Shown in pieces: positions 62,598-64,000 of a stretch of DNA of 64,000 nucleotides. Origin of the DNA: Minutocellus sp. GHC0000111 (taxonomy: Eukaryota). The notes below the pieces were generated by a model that saw nothing but the letters and a program-made list of their open reading frames with translations, ran no database searches and was not told where the DNA came from. The position numbers were made by a program, and so were the translations under genes. The DNA lies in contig OZ361256.1 of NCBI GenBank assembly GCA_977018835.1, positions 5,208,001-5,272,000 of the forward strand, written 5' to 3'. Positions within the stretch are counted from its first letter, which is position 1, and every line of letters begins with the position of its first letter.

Positions 62598-64000
62598 ATG
62601 GTTGATACCCGCAAGACGAAGAAAAAGACCGCCATGAAGAAGGGCTCCCCTAACTCCAAGAAGCGCTCCACTGGCCCTTCCAGCGCCTCGCAGGTGATGG
62701 CTGCCGCTGGCGTCGGTTCTCCCCCCCGTCCATCTCTGGCGCCGCCGCCAACAGTTCTTCCGTCTCCAAGAAATTGTCCGCTCCTGTTTCTGCCTCCGCA
62801 TCCGCCCTTGCCCTCCTCAACGATCAGAAGCCCGCCGCTTTGCTCTCCGCCGATGAGATTGCTATCAAAGCAGACACCGACGATGAAGGCGAGCCTCCCC
62901 TTGAAGTCATGAGCGAGGAGAACAAGGCCATCCTCAAGGTCTCCCGCTTCATTCCCAATGGCATGGAGCTTGCCAACGACGGATCCAAGTGGTACCTAGT
63001 CATCATGGGCCAGGTTTACGCCATCGACGTCAACTTTCATGCCATTCTCGAAGTAGCCAAGGACTGGTACATCAAGGCCAACCGCGAGGACTCATCGCTT
63101 GACGCCGAGTCAGTCGTCATCACCGTCTGCGATGCCTTCGAGGAAGCGCTCACTGCCGCCCAGAATTCTGGTGCCACTCAGTATGTCCGTTCCGAGCAGG
63201 CCCCGGATATCTATCCGCCCGCCGTCGAAAGGGCCGTCCAACGGGCCATTACGAGCGTCGCCTCCAAGTCTGACATCGTTACCCTGAATCAGGTAACCTT
63301 AGGTGCGCTCTCTGAGACTAGCAATCCCTACCTCCGTGGTAGCAAAACTAAGTCTACTGGTTTGACTATTGCCGACATCCAACGCTCCGCGGTACAGGGC
63401 GCAATCGCCAGCAACTATCCGGCCTCCGCGTCCGCTGCCGTCAATCCATATGCGACGCCCCCCCCGGTGAGTAACCGAATGGCTAAATTTTGGCTGTTCT
63501 GTATACGCGCGCGTAAGCCATTTTTTGTGTGACGCGATTTCTTCGTTTCTGGCCCCTATCTTGTTTTCTGTTGTAATATCTTACACATTGCGAATCGCTT
63601 CGCTTACATTTCAGAAGCGCATCCCAGAACGCCGGCGGCGCGATCATCAAGATCGAAGGCCAGGCCTCTGGTGCCGCGAAGACCATGGCCACTCGCCCCG
63701 CCATCGCTGCGTCCAGCTCTCTCGCCCTCGTGCCCGGAGGCGCCAAGAGCGCCGGTGCTGGCTCGTCGCCGTCGAGCATCGTCAAAGCTCTTTCGGTGAG
63801 CGACAACCGCTCCTCTCTCTTCGATTCGATCACCGTCAGCCCTGAGAAGATTCACGCTACGATGGCCGTTGCGACCGCCGCCGCGGAAGAGGAGGGAGAT
63901 GGCTTCAACTTCATCGTATCCGGCACAGGAGGCATCGTTGTTGGCAACGGCTCTGCAGTGGCAACCGGCGCCTTGTTCGTGGCCGACTTCGTCGGGGAAG
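62598..64000 (+). CDS. Spliced orphan gene running off the window; frameshift in the C-run near 62725
   Basis: MVDTRKTKKK... joins ORF 62774..63532 if one C is removed; intron GTGAGT(63467)...TTCAG(63614); strong C/G-ending codon bias. Confidence 0.55.

Overview
Gene-dense nuclear DNA from a eukaryotic alga with a secondary plastid, most likely a diatom. Evidence: GT-AG introns, bipartite signal peptide plus (A/S)AF plastid-targeting presequences, and nucleus-encoded plastid IF2, MetRS and RelA/SpoT. Positions 1-54.7 kb hold about 26 protein genes in almost strictly alternating orientation plus one tRNA-Thr(AGT). Recognisable genes are TRAPPC4, a DHRS12-like SDR, two methyltransferases, a CDF transporter, a GT8-like enzyme, a CCCH zinc-finger protein, the mitochondrial phosphate carrier, RPL9, PHF5A, a double-HotDog/START thioesterase, RSH, VIT1, a twin-CX9C protein, IF2, MetRS and DOHH. 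About ten single-base frameshifts and one in-frame stop interrupt otherwise intact genes and are best read as consensus-sequence errors. The most notable non-coding signals are: (i) chains of TA-delimited short palindromes that look like serial Tc1/mariner excision footprints, including a duplicated segment with TA in one copy and TACATGTA in the other; (ii) two CAGTC-terminated MITEs; (iii) a 170-bp structured element duplicated on both sides of TRAPPC4 exon 2; (iv) a transposon-derived nest behind the tRNA gene. From about 55.2 kb to the end is a compositionally distinct island of spliced orphan genes that I cannot assign to any family. All family assignments are from motif recognition by eye; no database searches were run.
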